DNA of 63,327 bases, counting the filler. It is 4 parts of 4 records of this genome, joined end to end, with 100 filler letters (N's around TTAATTAATTAA, not from the genome) between each part and the next. Parts side by side here need not be neighbours in the genome. Positions count along the whole stretch, not along the records: positions 1 to 23,514 come from DRR378314_351; positions 23,615 to 41,039 come from DRR378314_354; 2 more parts are not named here. One strand, written 5' to 3'. The notes under the pieces are model-generated. The model worked only from the letters and a program-made list of their open reading frames with translations. It was not told the DNA's origin and made no database searches. A program made the translations under genes and the position numbers. Below, piece by piece: positions 19,306 to 30,422 of the stretch; the first letter of the stretch is position 1, and each line of letters starts with the position of its first letter.

Positions 19306-20061
19306 ATGCTGGAAAGGCGCTTTGGCCACATCATTGGGATTTTCATCCTGCTAAGCCTTCTTGCAGGCCCTTCCTCAGCTAACTCTCTGTTGATTTGGCC
19401 CATTTACCCTGTTATTGAAAGTCACCAGCAAGCAAGTGCACTTTGGCTAGAAAATCGGGGTAGCGAAACGGTCAATATGCAGGTGCGGATTTTTGCATGG
19501 TCTCAGGTAGGAGGAGAAAATCACTACCAATCTCAACAAGGCGTTGTGGGTAGCCCACCTATGACGGCGATTGCCCCCGGGGAACGCCAGATGGTGCGCT
19601 TGATCCGCCAAAAACCCTCGCCAATTGGCGAAGAGCAAGCCTATCGCATTATTGTTGACGAAATCCCAGCATTAGCCCCCGATGACGAAGCTCAGCATGC
19701 GTCGCGTGCAGCCATCCGTTTGCAACTGCGCTACTCGTTACCACTGTTTGTTTATGGTGAAGGAGCACTGCCACCCGAACGCCCAGCCTCCAGTAACACG
19801 CCTTATCCCGGCCTAACCTGGAGGCTCGTAACACATCAGGGGCAATCGCAACTAGAAATACGCAACACGGGTCAGCATCATGTGCGCCTAAGCCAAGTTA
19901 CCTTTGAGCAACCAGGGCAACGCAACGAAGTCACTAACGGGCTGCTTGGTTACGTACTGCCCAGGCAGGTACGACGCTGGCCACTACCTCAAGACATCAG
20001 ACCTGCTGGCGAGCTGCGTGCTCATATTTCGGGAGTCAGTTATCGCATTGCGGCCGAGTAG
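19306..20061 (+). CDS. csuC: Periplasmic pilus chaperone, CsuC-like
   Basis: LLIWP..P, LWLENRG, QVRIFAW, SPP, EQAYRIIVDEIP, YSLPLF, GYVLP; AGGAG RBS before ATG 19306. Confidence 0.85.
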   Translation: MLERRFGHIIGIFILLSLLAGPSSANSLLIWPIYPVIESHQQASALWLENRGSETVNMQVRIFAWSQVGGENHYQSQQGVVGSPPMTAIAPGERQMVRLIRQKPSPIGEEQAYRIIVDEIPALAPDDEAQHASRAAIRLQLRYSLPLFVYGEGALPPERPASSNTPYPGLTWRLVTHQGQSQLEIRNTGQHHVRLSQVTFEQPGQRNEVTNGLLGYVLPRQVRRWPLPQDIRPAGELRAHISGVSYRIAAE

Positions 20062-20069
20062 GCGCCAGC

Positions 20070-22436
20070 ATGCTCCCACGTATCCATTGCTATCTCCCAA
20101 CATGGCTCATGTTGGGCAGTTGCGCTTTACTTTTAACGGTGGCGCCTTTTCCTGCTATCGGCCAGGCATTGCCTCCACCGCCACGCGCGGGTGATATCCA
20201 GGCAGTTTCGGAACTCCACCTGGAGATCATCGTCAATCAACGCTCCACCCAGCGTATCGAGCACGTTACCCAACAGAGCGGCGAACTGTTCATTAAGCGA
20301 GAGGTGCTCCAACAGCTAGGCCTTCCTAATGAACACCTGAACTATCAAGATAACATCATTAATATCAGCCAATTAGATGGATTAGAAGCGCGCTATCACA
20401 GCCCCAGCCAACGGCTATATCTGGAAGTACCTCCCCATTGGCTACCTCACCAGTTTCATACTAATTCACCTCAAAACGAGGTATTCGCACTCAACACCAG
20501 CCCTGGCGCGCTGCTTAACTACGACGCTTATATCAGCGACACTCCGGGTGGCGCGACACTTGCCAGCTTAGGGCACGAAGCGCGAGTGTTTGGTGCAGCG
20601 GGAACATTAAGCACCTCTGGCATTTACCGCGAGGTAGTGACGGGAGAGAGTGGACAAGACAACGGCTACCGGCGTTTCGATACCCGCTGGGAGTACGCAG
20701 ATCAACAGCGGATGCTTCAGTACAGCGCAGGAGACGTCATCACCAGACCACTGGGTTGGACGAATGCAGTGCGTCTTGGCGGCATTCAGGTTTCCCGAAA
20801 CTTCGCCCTTCGCCCCGATATCATCACCCACCCACTACCTGAATTCAGCGGCGAGGCAGCGATTCCCACAACCCTCGATCTGTTCATCAATGGCGCGCAG
20901 CAATCCTCGATGGAACTAGCGCCGGGCCCCTTCACTGTCACCAATATGCCCATGGTCACCGGCGCTGGCGAAGCCACCATTGTGACCACCGATAGCCTGG
21001 GGCGAAGAGTGTCCACTAGCCTACCGTTTTACGTTTCCAGCGAACTGCTACAACCCGGTTTAAGCACCTTCAGTTTCAGTGCAGGTGCCCCGCGCCGCCA
21101 CTTCGGCCAGCGTGATTTTGCCTATAGCGGAATGGCCGCCACCGGCAGCTATCGGCGCGGCATCAACAATCAATTCACCATGGAATTGCAAACCGAAGCC
21201 AGCGACGATTTAACCACTGCAGGCGCTGGCGGCACGTTTGGCTTATGGCAGCTAGGCACGCTAGAGACAGCCTACCGTCAAAGCCGCAGCGAAGGCGTCA
21301 CCGGTAATGCCTACACAGCCGGATACCGCTACCGGAGTCGCCGCTTTAACATCGCCCTGCGCCACCAAGTAGAACAGGCTGATTTCACCGATTTATCTCG
21401 CTACATTCACCACGCGGCACGCGAAAATACGCAGCGGAAAGTTACCCAATTTACCGGGGGTTTAAACCTTGGCACGTACGGGTCGCTTGCTGGCGGCTAC
21501 TTTGACATCCAGACCGGTGACGATAGCCGTACTCAGCTGTTTAACCTGTCGTACAACCGCTCTCTATGGGATCGCATGCATCTCTCGCTCTCTGCCAACC
21601 GTGAGATAGGCGGTGGCTGGAACACCCTAGCCCAGATTACAGTGCCGCTAAGCAACCGTCCTGGCACATTAAGCACCAGCGTACGCCGAGACAATAACGG
21701 AGAAATGACCAGCAGAGTCCAATATGCCCACACCCCACCCATACAAGGTGGCTGGGGCTGGAACCTCGCCTATGAGCACCGCGACACCGAAAGCAGCTAC
21801 CGTCAGGCTGAGGTAGCTTGGCGGGGAGCCTCCACTGAATTACGGGGTGGCATTTTCGGCACCGGCGGCAATGACACACGTTATGCCGATGCCAGAGGAT
21901 CGCTGGTACATATGGACAACCAATGGTTCGCGACCAATTACGTGCGCGATGGGTTTGTCGTCATCAGTACCGATGGCCAGGCAGGCGTGCCGGTTCGCTA
22001 CGAGAATCAATTAGTCGGCCATACCCGTGGCAGCGGCCACCTGCTCGTCCCCTGGGCCCGCGCCTACTACGCTGGTAAATACGAGATCGACCCACTGGTT
22101 CTTTCCGCCAACCTCAATGTCCCAACAATTGAGCAGCGCGTAGCGGTAAACCCAGGTAGCGGCTACCTGCTGCGCTTCCCGGTTGAACGTGTCATTGCTG
22201 CGACACTGGCCATTCTAGACAGGCAAGGCGAGCCACTGCCGTTAGGCTCTCGTGTTATCACTGACAGCGGTGCAAGCGCGCTGGTGGGCTGGGATGGACT
22301 GACGTATCTCGAAGGCCTAAAGAGTGACAATCAACTACAAGTAACACTGCCCAATGGTAGCGCGTGCGTGCTCAGCCTATCTATTGATACCCGCATCGAT
22401 GATATCCAGCGACTAGAGCCTCAACCCTGTACTTAG
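20070..22436 (+). CDS. csuD: Outer-membrane fimbrial usher, CsuD-like
   Basis: GALLNYD, RLGGIQVSRNFALRPD, PGPF, ELLQPGL, VGWDGLTYL; 788 aa, downstream of the chaperone. Confidence 0.88.
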   Translation: MLPRIHCYLPTWLMLGSCALLLTVAPFPAIGQALPPPPRAGDIQAVSELHLEIIVNQRSTQRIEHVTQQSGELFIKREVLQQLGLPNEHLNYQDNIINISQLDGLEARYHSPSQRLYLEVPPHWLPHQFHTNSPQNEVFALNTSPGALLNYDAYISDTPGGATLASLGHEARVFGAAGTLSTSGIYREVVTGESGQDNGYRRFDTRWEYADQQRMLQYSAGDVITRPLGWTNAVRLGGIQVSRNFALRPDIITHPLPEFSGEAAIPTTLDLFINGAQQSSMELAPGPFTVTNMPMVTGAGEATIVTTDSLGRRVSTSLPFYVSSELLQPGLSTFSFSAGAPRRHFGQRDFAYSGMAATGSYRRGINNQFTMELQTEASDDLTTAGAGGTFGLWQLGTLETAYRQSRSEGVTGNAYTAGYRYRSRRFNIALRHQVEQADFTDLSRYIHHAARENTQRKVTQFTGGLNLGTYGSLAGGYFDIQTGDDSRTQLFNLSYNRSLWDRMHLSLSANREIGGGWNTLAQITVPLSNRPGTLSTSVRRDNNGEMTSRVQYAHTPPIQGGWGWNLAYEHRDTESSYRQAEVAWRGASTELRGGIFGTGGNDTRYADARGSLVHMDNQWFATNYVRDGFVVISTDGQAGVPVRYENQLVGHTRGSGHLLVPWARAYYAGKYEIDPLVLSANLNVPTIEQRVAVNPGSGYLLRFPVERVIAATLAILDRQGEPLPLGSRVITDSGASALVGWDGLTYLEGLKSDNQLQVTLPNGSACVLSLSIDTRIDDIQRLEPQPCT

Positions 22437-22450
22437 AGGAGCGCCAACCA

Positions 22451-23446
22451 ATGCCACTCACAACTTATCGCTGCTATCACCGCTGGCTGGCCGGAGCTAT
22501 ATTGCTGATTTTGTTATTGATTACGCCTACGGCTTGGGCATGCACGGTAAGCCCAAGCACCAGCGCTAACTTTGGTGACATCAGTTCCTTCGCCATCACT
22601 AATACACCACACGACACATCCGCCCAACCCAATGCAGGTGCTGTTTGCCGTGGGTCTGTGCTAGGGCTCGCGGTTGTGTCTGACCAATGGATTCGCGCAA
22701 CGGTCACTAGCGCTAACCAAGGGGAGCTGGTCAATGTCGCCAGCGGTGACGCCATTCCCTTTCGCATCTTCGCACTGGCCTCAGAGAATGAAGAGATCTT
22801 TCTCAACACAACCTACAATTATTTCAACTCGGTACTCATCGATCTACTCGGCCTGCTTGGCGGCCAAAACGTCGACATCCCCATGGAGTTTCGCACCCAA
22901 CCCACGGCCAATGTAGCCGCTGGCACGTACACTGACACCTTGACTGTCAATTGGAACTGGCGCATCTGTAATCTAGGCGCGCTTTTGTGTCTCAGCTATC
23001 GTACCGGCTCGGGCACCAACACCATCACCATTAACCTGACCGTCACTCCAGACTGCGCCATTCAAGCGCCCGACCTGAACTTTGGAAGTTCCCCACTGAT
23101 CGCCGGATTCGACCCAGTGACGCAAACCATCGATATTACCTGCACAAAAGGTAGCGACTACTCAGTAGGATTGAGCGATGGTCAGCATCCTGCTGCCAAC
23201 ATCCGCCGCATGGAGAACAATGGTCACTACCTGGAATACCAACTTTACAAAGGCACTACCGGTAACGACCGCTGGGGCAATACCGGCAGCGAACGACGCC
23301 CCTCCTCCTCCGCCGACAACAACCCCGGCACGCCCAGTGGCATAACAAGCCAGGGCTTCACTTACCGAGGCGACATTCTACCGGGACAAAACACACCACC
23401 AGCGGGCACCTACACCGACATGATTGTTGTCGATGTTATTTTTTAG
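22451..23446 (+). CDS. csuE: Two-domain tip adhesin, CsuE-like
   Basis: Signal peptide; two spore-coat-U domains ending AGTYTDTL and AGTYTDMIVVDVIF. Confidence 0.82.
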   Translation: MPLTTYRCYHRWLAGAILLILLLITPTAWACTVSPSTSANFGDISSFAITNTPHDTSAQPNAGAVCRGSVLGLAVVSDQWIRATVTSANQGELVNVASGDAIPFRIFALASENEEIFLNTTYNYFNSVLIDLLGLLGGQNVDIPMEFRTQPTANVAAGTYTDTLTVNWNWRICNLGALLCLSYRTGSGTNTITINLTVTPDCAIQAPDLNFGSSPLIAGFDPVTQTIDITCTKGSDYSVGLSDGQHPAANIRRMENNGHYLEYQLYKGTTGNDRWGNTGSERRPSSSADNNPGTPSGITSQGFTYRGDILPGQNTPPAGTYTDMIVVDVIF

Positions 23447-23487
23447 CCAAGGCGCTTTTCGACCCCAAAATACCGGTTCCACACAAC

Positions 23488-23514
23488 CGTCATTCCCGAG
23501 TGGGGTTATCGGGA
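23488..23514 (+). repeat. CGTC-type REP-like palindrome truncated at the contig end
   Basis: CGTCATTCCCGA-GTGGGGTTA-TCGGGA running into the N spacer. Confidence 0.6.
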
Positions 23515-23614
23515 NNNNNNNNNNNNNNNNNNNNNNNNNNNNNNNNNNNNNNNNNNNNTTAATTAATTAANNNNNNNNNNNNNNNNNNNNNNNNNNNNNN
23601 NNNNNNNNNNNNNN
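23515..23614. other. Artificial contig spacer
   Basis: N44-TTAATTAATTAA-N44 (stop codons in all six frames). Confidence 0.98.
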
Positions 23615-24799
23615 GCCGGCGCGGGCCGCTTCCACGGAGGCGTTGAGGGCCAGAATGTTGGTCTGGAAGGCGATGCTGTCGATGGTGCCGATGATCACCG
23701 CCATCTTTTCCGAGCTGGCGGTGATGCGGCCCATGGTGTCCACCACCTGCCCCATCACTTCGCCGCTCTCGGACACCGCCCGCGACGCCTCGCCGCTGAG
23801 CCGGCTGGCCTGGCGGGCGTTCTCCGCGTTCTGACCCACGGTGGCGGTGATCTCTTCCATGCTGGAGGCGGTCTGTTGCAGCGAGGCGGCCTGCTGCTCC
23901 GAACGCGAGGATAGATCTTCGTTGCCCTGGGCGATATCGCGGGCCGCCGGGGTGACCACTTCGATGCCCCGGTTCACGTCGCCGACGATGCTGCCCAGGC
24001 TGCGGCGCATCAGTTTCAGGCCCATCACCAGCAGCCCCATTTCACCACTGAGGCGGCGCGGCGGTTTGGCCGCCAGATTGCCGGCGGCGATCTGCAGCGT
24101 GAACATGCCGGCCTCGCGCACCGGGCCCAGCACCGAACGGGCGGTGGCCCAGAACAGCAGCGCCAGCAGCGGCAGGCCCACCGCCGCCAAGGCCATCAAG
24201 GCGGTGGACAATGGCGCCGCCTCACCACGGCCGAGGAAGCCGATCACACCGGCGCCCAGCAGCGGCGCGGCGCTGGCCAGGTAGAGCAGCGTCATACGGC
24301 TGCTCACCGAACGCGGGCTCCAGCGTCGCAGCGCCGCCACTACCCCACGACGGCGAATCTCGCCACGGTGCAGGTAAAGGTGGCCGCCGCGCCCTTCCCG
24401 CAGTGCGGTGTAGGCCTGTTCCGCGGCGTCGATGGAGCCTTTGTCCGCCTTGAGGCGCACGGATACGAAGCCGGCGATTTCACCGTCTTCAATAATCGGG
24501 GTGACGTGGGCGCGTACCCAGTAATAGCCGCCGTCCTTGCGCCGGTTCTTGATCAGGCCGATCCAGGTGCCACCCTCTTTCAGGGTGCGCCACAGGTTCT
24601 CGAACGCCTGCTCCGGCATGTCCGGGTGGCGCACGATGTTGTGCGGGGCGCCGATCAGCTCTTCGCGGGTGAAGCCGCTGACTTCGATAAACGCCGGGTT
24701 GGCGTAGGTCATACGCCCCCTGCGGTTGGTCCTCGAAATCAGAAAGTCATCGCCCTTGAGCGCATACTCACGGTTTGTCACCGGCTGATTGTTACGCAT
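23615..24799 (-). CDS. aer: PAS-domain methyl-accepting chemotaxis protein, Aer-like (3' truncated)
   Basis: [12 protein letters not shown]...[51 protein letters not shown]. Confidence 0.9.
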
Positions 24800-24852
24800 T
24801 CCCACTCTCCCCGATTGCCCGGACCCGGCGTTGGCCTTCGACCCTGTGCTTG

Positions 24853-25350
24853 TTATTCGCCGGCTTCTTCCACCAGCGCCATTTCTTCGCTGGTGAGCAT
24901 TTTTTCGATGTCCACCAGTACCAGCATGCGTTCATCCAGGTTGCCCAGCCCGCTGATGTAATCCAGCGGCAGGCTGAGCCCGAATTCCGGCGCCGGCTTG
25001 CGCTGCTCGGCGGTGAGCGTCATCACGTCGGAAACCCGGTCGACCACGATGCCCACCACCCGGTCGGCGATGTTGACCACGATCACCACGGTCTGGTCGT
25101 CGTAGTCGGCACGCTCGAGACGGAATTTGATGCGCAGGTCGACGATCGGCACGATCACGCCGCGCAGGTTGGCCACGCCCTTGATGAAGTCCGGGGCATT
25201 GGCGATGCGCGTGACGTTTTCGTAGCCACGGATTTCCTGGACCTTGAGGATATCGATGGCGTATTCCTCGTCGCCCAGGGAGAAAACCAGGAATTCCTGG
25301 CTGCCCGCTTCCACGGCGGCGGCGGTTTGCAAAGCAGTGGCTTGACTCAT
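24853..25350 (-). CDS. cheW: Chemotaxis coupling protein CheW
   Basis: [38 protein letters not shown]. Confidence 0.96.
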   Translation of the reverse strand: MSQATALQTAAAVEAGSQEFLVFSLGDEEYAIDILKVQEIRGYENVTRIANAPDFIKGVANLRGVIVPIVDLRIKFRLERADYDDQTVVIVVNIADRVVGIVVDRVSDVMTLTAEQRKPAPEFGLSLPLDYISGLGNLDERMLVLVDIEKMLTSEEMALVEEAGE

Positions 25351-27446
25351 GACGGTTCTACCTCCTCAACAGGGCGGGCCCGGGTCGGGGCGCCAAAGAC
25401 AGGGTTTTCTTTTTTGCTCTGGCCGAGGCGGTGCATGTCCGCCACGTCCAGGATCAGTGCCACGCTGCCGTCGCCCAGAATGGTGGCGGCGGACACGCCC
25501 GGCACTTTGCGGTAGTTGGTTTCCAGGTTCTTGACCACCACCTGCTGCTGGCCCACCAACTGGTCCACCAGCAGGGCGTAGCGGCGGCCCTCGCCCTGTA
25601 CGATCACCGCGATGGCGCGGGTCGGATCGGTGATGGCGTCGGCCACGTCCAGGGCGTGATGGACCGCCACCACCGGCAGGTAGTCCTCACGCACCTTCAG
25701 CAGCACGTCGCCGCCGGCCATGGAATAGAGATCGTCGGCGCGCGGCTGCAGGGATTCGATCACCGCGCTCACCGGCAGGATGAACATCTCCTCGCCCACC
25801 TTGATGGACATGCCGTCGAGGATCGCCAGGGTGAGCGGCAGCACGATGCGGGTGGTGGTGCCCTGGCCGGGCGTGGAGAGAATTTCCACATGCCCGCCCA
25901 TGGCCTGGATATTGCGCTTGACCACGTCCATGCCGACGCCGCGCCCGGACACGTCGCTGACCGCGTCGGCGGTGGAAAAGCCCGGCGCGAAAATCAGCTG
26001 CCAGACTTCGTCGTCGCTCATTGAATCGGACACGGAGAGGCCGCTGGAGCGCGCCTTCTCAAGAATCTTGTCGCGGTTAAGACCGCCGCCGTCGTCGATC
26101 ACTTCGATCAGGATATTGCCGCCCTGGTGCTGAGCGGACAGGGTCAGACGGCCGGTGCGCGGCTTGCCGGCCGCCTCGCGGCGGTCCGGGGTTTCGATGC
26201 CGTGGTCGAGGCTGTTGCGCACCAGGTGGGTGAGCGGGTCGATGATCCGTTCGGTGAGGCCCTTGTCCAGCTCCGTGGATTTGCCCTCGGTGATCAGTTC
26301 CACGTCCTTGCCGAGCTTGCCGGCCAGGTCGCGGACCAGACGCGGGAAGCGGCTGAACACATAGTCCATCGGCACCATGCGCACGGACATCACCGCTTCC
26401 TGGAGATCCCGGGCGGTGCGCTGCAGCAGGTTGAGCCCGGTGACCAGGGCGCCGTCGTTGACGGTCTCGGAGTCCTCGGCCACCTGGTTGAGCATGGACT
26501 GGGTGATAATCAGCTCACCGACCAGGTTGATGATCTGATCGACCTTGGACACCGGCACCCGGATGGAGGTGGATTCGCCGCCTTTCTTGGCTGCGTCGCT
26601 ACTTTTGGCGGCGGCTTCGGCTTTCGCCGGGGCCGCCGGCTTGGTCGCGGCGGGCGCCGGTACCGCTTCGGCTTCCGCTTTCACTTCCGGTTTGCTTTCG
26701 GTGGCGGCGGCCGGCGCGGCGGCGTCCAGAGCGCGCACTTCCAATTGCTCCGGTTCGGCGATAAAGCACATCACCGCTTCGATATCGTCGCCGCTGAGTG
26801 ACGACGTGAGCACCACCCGGTGACGTTCGCCGTCGGCCTGCTGGTCCTCGATATCGCCCAGCTGCGCCAGTTCCTCGATCAACAGATCCCGGTCCTTGTC
26901 GGCGACACCGATCAGGGTCACCTGGAAGCGGGCACCGCCGTCCGGCGTGCCTTCGCCGGCGGAAGGCGCCGCCTCGGCGGGCGCCGGGTCGGCGGCCGGC
27001 TCGGGGCTGGCCGGCGCGGACGGCGCGGCGCCCGCCACCTCGGCGCCGGCGTCTTCGCCCAGCTCTTCCAGAGCGAGACGGCGCAGGGTCTCGCAGATAC
27101 GTTCCAGGGCTTCCGGGTCCGGTTCACCACCCTGACGATACGCGTCCAGTTGATCGTTTAGCATGTCTTTGGCTTCCAGAAAGGTGTCGACGATATCCCT
27201 TCGCAGCGCCAGCTCGCCGCGTCGTGTGTAGTCGAGCAGGTTTTCCAGCAGATGCGTGGTGCGCTGCAGCGCCTCGAACCCGAAGGTACCGGCCCCGCCC
27301 TTGATCGAATGCGCGGCCCGGAAGATGGCGTTGAGCCGCTCCACGTCCGGGTTGTCCACATCCAGCTCCAGAAGATGGGATTCCATCTCCGCCAGGAGCT
27401 CGTCCGCCTCTTCGAAAAACGTGTCGTAGAATTCGGTGATATCCAT
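25347..27446 (-). CDS. cheA: Chemotaxis histidine kinase CheA
   Basis: [11 protein letters not shown]pt, [27 protein letters not shown]-terminal CheW domain. Confidence 0.96.
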   Translation of the reverse strand: MDITEFYDTFFEEADELLAEMESHLLELDVDNPDVERLNAIFRAAHSIKGGAGTFGFEALQRTTHLLENLLDYTRRGELALRRDIVDTFLEAKDMLNDQLDAYRQGGEPDPEALERICETLRRLALEELGEDAGAEVAGAAPSAPASPEPAADPAPAEAAPSAGEGTPDGGARFQVTLIGVADKDRDLLIEELAQLGDIEDQQADGERHRVVLTSSLSGDDIEAVMCFIAEPEQLEVRALDAAAPAAATESKPEVKAEAEAVPAPAATKPAAPAKAEAAAKSSDAAKKGGESTSIRVPVSKVDQIINLVGELIITQSMLNQVAEDSETVNDGALVTGLNLLQRTARDLQEAVMSVRMVPMDYVFSRFPRLVRDLAGKLGKDVELITEGKSTELDKGLTERIIDPLTHLVRNSLDHGIETPDRREAAGKPRTGRLTLSAQHQGGNILIEVIDDGGGLNRDKILEKARSSGLSVSDSMSDDEVWQLIFAPGFSTADAVSDVSGRGVGMDVVKRNIQAMGGHVEILSTPGQGTTTRIVLPLTLAILDGMSIKVGEEMFILPVSAVIESLQPRADDLYSMAGGDVLLKVREDYLPVVAVHHALDVADAITDPTRAIAVIVQGEGRRYALLVDQLVGQQQVVVKNLETNYRKVPGVSAATILGDGSVALILDVADMHRLGQSKKENPVFGAPTRARPVEEVEPS

Positions 27447-27448
27447 GT

Positions 27449-28321
27449 TCACTCCCGCACGGGTTGAGGGGCGTCGCTCAGATCGCCGGGGCGGCTGGCG
27501 GCGCGCAGCCGTTCCACCGCCTGACGGGTCAGCACCACCAGGGTGATGCGGCGGTTGACCGGGTCACCGGGGTTGCTGTCGGGCACCGGCACACGGTCGC
27601 CCATGCCCGTGACCCGCAGTAGCTTTTCGCTGTCCAGGCCACCGGCCACCAGCTCGCGGCGCGAGGCGTTGGCGCGGTCGCTGGACAGCTCCCAATTGCT
27701 GTACCCGCTGTCGCCGCTGGAATAGCGAAGACTGTCGGTATGTCCGCTGATACTGAGCGGGTTGGGCATGTCGTTGAGCAACGGCGCCATGGTGCGCAGC
27801 AAATGACGCATATAGGGCGCGACACGGTCGCTGCCGAGCCGGAACATGGGCCGCTGGTCGGTATCCACCAGCTGGATGCGCAGGCCTTCCGGAGTCATCT
27901 GGAAGCGCATCTGATCGCGCAGTTCACGCAGCTGCGGGTCGGCCTGGATCGCCTGTTCAATCCGGCGGCGCAGATTGATGAAGCGCTGACGCTCCTCCGC
28001 CGGCAACGTCTGGCGGCGCAGATCAATACGCGCCTGCTCACCGTCGGAATGGGCCGGATCGGCGCCGCCGCCGGGAATCGCGCTGGTGCTCGACGAATTA
28101 CGGTCGCCGTCCGCCAGCGCCACTTTCAGCGGCGTGCGGAAATATTCGGCCAGGCCCTGCAGCTCGGCCGGCGACGCGGTGGAGATAATCCAGAGCACCA
28201 GAAACAACGCCATCAGGGCGGTCATGAAATCCGCCAGCGCGATTTTCCAGGCGCCGCCGTGGTGCGCCACATGGGCACGGCGGCGTCGCCGGATGACGAT
28301 GGGCCGGTGCTGCTCGCTCAT
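27449..28321 (-). CDS. motB: Flagellar stator protein MotB
   Basis: HGGAWKIALADFMTALMA; GHTD, NWELSSDRA, NRRI OmpA-like domain. Confidence 0.95.
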   Translation of the reverse strand: MSEQHRPIVIRRRRRAHVAHHGGAWKIALADFMTALMALFLVLWIISTASPAELQGLAEYFRTPLKVALADGDRNSSSTSAIPGGGADPAHSDGEQARIDLRRQTLPAEERQRFINLRRRIEQAIQADPQLRELRDQMRFQMTPEGLRIQLVDTDQRPMFRLGSDRVAPYMRHLLRTMAPLLNDMPNPLSISGHTDSLRYSSGDSGYSNWELSSDRANASRRELVAGGLDSEKLLRVTGMGDRVPVPDSNPGDPVNRRITLVVLTRQAVERLRAASRPGDLSDAPQPVRE

Positions 28322-29193
28322 GTCTGCTTGGCACCCGCGGGCCGCGCGGCACGCACGTGCTCTTCCAGTTCGGTGAAGCTGGGCCGCTCGGCGGTGTGCA
28401 GAGCTTTACGCCCGAATTCCACCGCCAGCTGCGGCGCATAACCGTTGAGGTTGGCAAGCAGCGTGACGCGGATGCACTGCAGCATCTTCACCGCCTCGGC
28501 CACCTGCCGGTCGATGCGGCTGGCCACCGGGTTGACGAAGCCGTAGGCGAGCAGGATGCCGAGGAAAGTCCCCACCAGGGCGTGGGCGATCATCAGCCCC
28601 ATTTCCTCGGCGCCGGCGTCGGCGGACGCCAGGGCTTTCACCACCCCGAGCACCGCCGCCACGATGCCGAACGCGGGCAGGCCGTCGCCCACCTTGGCGA
28701 GGGCGTCGGCGGGAATATGCGCTTCGTGTTCGAACGCCTCGATTTCATGGCTCATCAGTTCATCGAGTTCCATCGGATCGACGCTGCCGCTGATCATCAG
28801 CCGCAGATAATCGGTGATGAAGCCCATGATCATCGGGTCATTGGCGATTCTCGGGTATTCGCTGAACAGCGCGCTTTCGGCGGGGTTTTCAATATCTTTT
28901 TCCACACCCAGCACGCCCTCGCGGCGCATCTTGGAGAGCAGGTTGTACTGCAGCGACATGAGCTGCATGTAGATTTCTTTATCGTACTTCTTGGTGCGTT
29001 TCAGGGTGCTGGCGGTACGCAGCGTGGCTTTAATCGCCTTGCCGTTATTGGCGGCCACGAACGACCCCACCGCGGCCCCGACAATCATCAGGATTTCGGT
29101 GGGCTGGTAGAGCGGGCCCAGGTGTCCGCCGGCCATGGAAAAGCCGCCGAACACGGAGAGGGTGACGATAATGAAGCCAAGAGGTATCAGCAC
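28318..29193 (-). CDS. motA: Flagellar stator protein MotA
   Basis: LYQPTE, LPAFGIVAAVLGV, ALVGTFLGILLAYGF, AVEFGRK, ERPSF. Confidence 0.95.
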   Translation of the reverse strand: MLIPLGFIIVTLSVFGGFSMAGGHLGPLYQPTEILMIVGAAVGSFVAANNGKAIKATLRTASTLKRTKKYDKEIYMQLMSLQYNLLSKMRREGVLGVEKDIENPAESALFSEYPRIANDPMIMGFITDYLRLMISGSVDPMELDELMSHEIEAFEHEAHIPADALAKVGDGLPAFGIVAAVLGVVKALASADAGAEEMGLMIAHALVGTFLGILLAYGFVNPVASRIDRQVAEAVKMLQCIRVTLLANLNGYAPQLAVEFGRKALHTAERPSFTELEEHVRAARPAGAKQT

Positions 29194-29234
29194 AACCGGT
29201 ATCCTTCAGAACAGCGTGGATAGCATTACCATCT

Positions 29235-29261
29235 GTATCGGCAGGAGCAGGTCGGGCTTGA
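29235..29261 (-). promoter_or_regulatory. Sigma28 promoter for motAB-cheAW-aer
   Basis: Minus strand TCAA-N15-GCCGATAC. Confidence 0.7.
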
Positions 29262-29295
29262 GGGAAAAATTACCAAGGAGCCTCTGAAAAGCGCC

Positions 29296-29874
29296 CTAAG
29301 CGCCCACCGCCTGTCGGCGACCGCCGCTCCGCCGGCCCTCTTCACTCTCGGCGCTTTGGCGTTTGCGGGTCTTGCCGGCCCGGGACGGCGGCTGGCAGAT
29401 ACCGCACACAAAGCGCTGGCTGGGCGTGTGCGCGTGGTTGACGAAATGGCCGTGGCAGCTGGTGCATTCCGACAGCTCGAACATCTCGCTTTCAAAGAAA
29501 CGCACCAGGGTCCAGGCCCGTGTCAGCCCGAGCACCGGTTCGGCGCCGTCCAGAGCAATCTGCTCCAGGTAAAGACGGTAGGACTTCACGAAGCCTTCCA
29601 TGCGGCTGCAGCCTTGCTCACCGGTAAGCTGCCGGTAGAAGCTGTAGAACAGGGAAGAATGAATGTTCGGCAACCAGGTGATGAACCAGTCGGTGGAAAA
29701 CGGCAGCATCCCCTTCGGCGGCGACATGCCGCGCACTTCCTTGTAAAGCCGGATCAGCCGGCCACGGCTGAGCTCGGTTTCCGATTCCAGCACCTGCAAC
29801 CGTGCCCCCAGCTCAATCAATTCGATCGCCAATTGCACCTGATGCATTTCGCCGACCAGACTCTTCTCGGACAT
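29296..29874 (-). CDS. flhC: Flagellar master regulator FlhC
   Basis: [35 protein letters not shown], CxxC...CxxC zinc site. Confidence 0.97.
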   Translation of the reverse strand: MSEKSLVGEMHQVQLAIELIELGARLQVLESETELSRGRLIRLYKEVRGMSPPKGMLPFSTDWFITWLPNIHSSLFYSFYRQLTGEQGCSRMEGFVKSYRLYLEQIALDGAEPVLGLTRAWTLVRFFESEMFELSECTSCHGHFVNHAHTPSQRFVCGICQPPSRAGKTRKRQSAESEEGRRSGGRRQAVGA

Positions 29875-29891
29875 TGGATCCCTCCCCCCGA

Positions 29892-30197
29892 TCAGTTCGC
29901 GCAGGACGCCATCAACAACGCCGCGTGGGTTTGCCCCAGCCCCTGCTCCCGCTTGTTATTGGTCAGCTTGGTGACCTGGTCCGCGTCGTCGAAATGCAGA
30001 CGGAACAACAACTGGTTGGTGCGCGCCATCTGGCTGAGCTGCTTGGCGGACAGCGAAATCAACACTTCCGCCATCGCCTGGTCGATCTTCAGCCGGAACA
30101 TGGCGGTGGCGTAATCTTCCTTGAGAAGACGCTGCGCCAGCAGCAGGTAGGTCAGATTGATATCCTGGATTTCATCTAAGACGCTATCGATCTTCAT
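29892..30197 (-). CDS. flhD: Flagellar master regulator FlhD
   Basis: [32 protein letters not shown]. Confidence 0.95.
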   Translation of the reverse strand: MKIDSVLDEIQDINLTYLLLAQRLLKEDYATAMFRLKIDQAMAEVLISLSAKQLSQMARTNQLLFRLHFDDADQVTKLTNNKREQGLGQTHAALLMASCAN

Positions 30198-30376
30198 TGT
30201 TCTTCACTCCTGCGGTACCCCATGACCGAGGTCTCCCCCGGCGCTAACCCTCGCCGGATCACTAAGATCCCAAAACTCATACTTTATACTTAGATACATT
30301 GCATTTATAAGTCATTAAGTATGTGCATTTTGTAGTGGCAACGTATCACAAGAATCACGATATGCTCACACTTTTA

Positions 30377-30422
30377 TGTGAACAAACTCACATCAAGGGA
30401 AAATTTTGTGATGCTATTCACA
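30377..30422. promoter_or_regulatory. Two tandem CRP-family boxes upstream of flhDC
   Basis: TGTGA-ACAAAC-TCACA (30377-30392) and TGTGA-TGCTAT-TCACA (30407-30422). Confidence 0.8.

Noticed and set aside
23559..23570. TTAATTAATTAA as a biological motif (also 41084 and 57579) and ORFs containing X runs
   Set aside because: Identical artificial linker flanked by Ns; ORF ends there are artefacts
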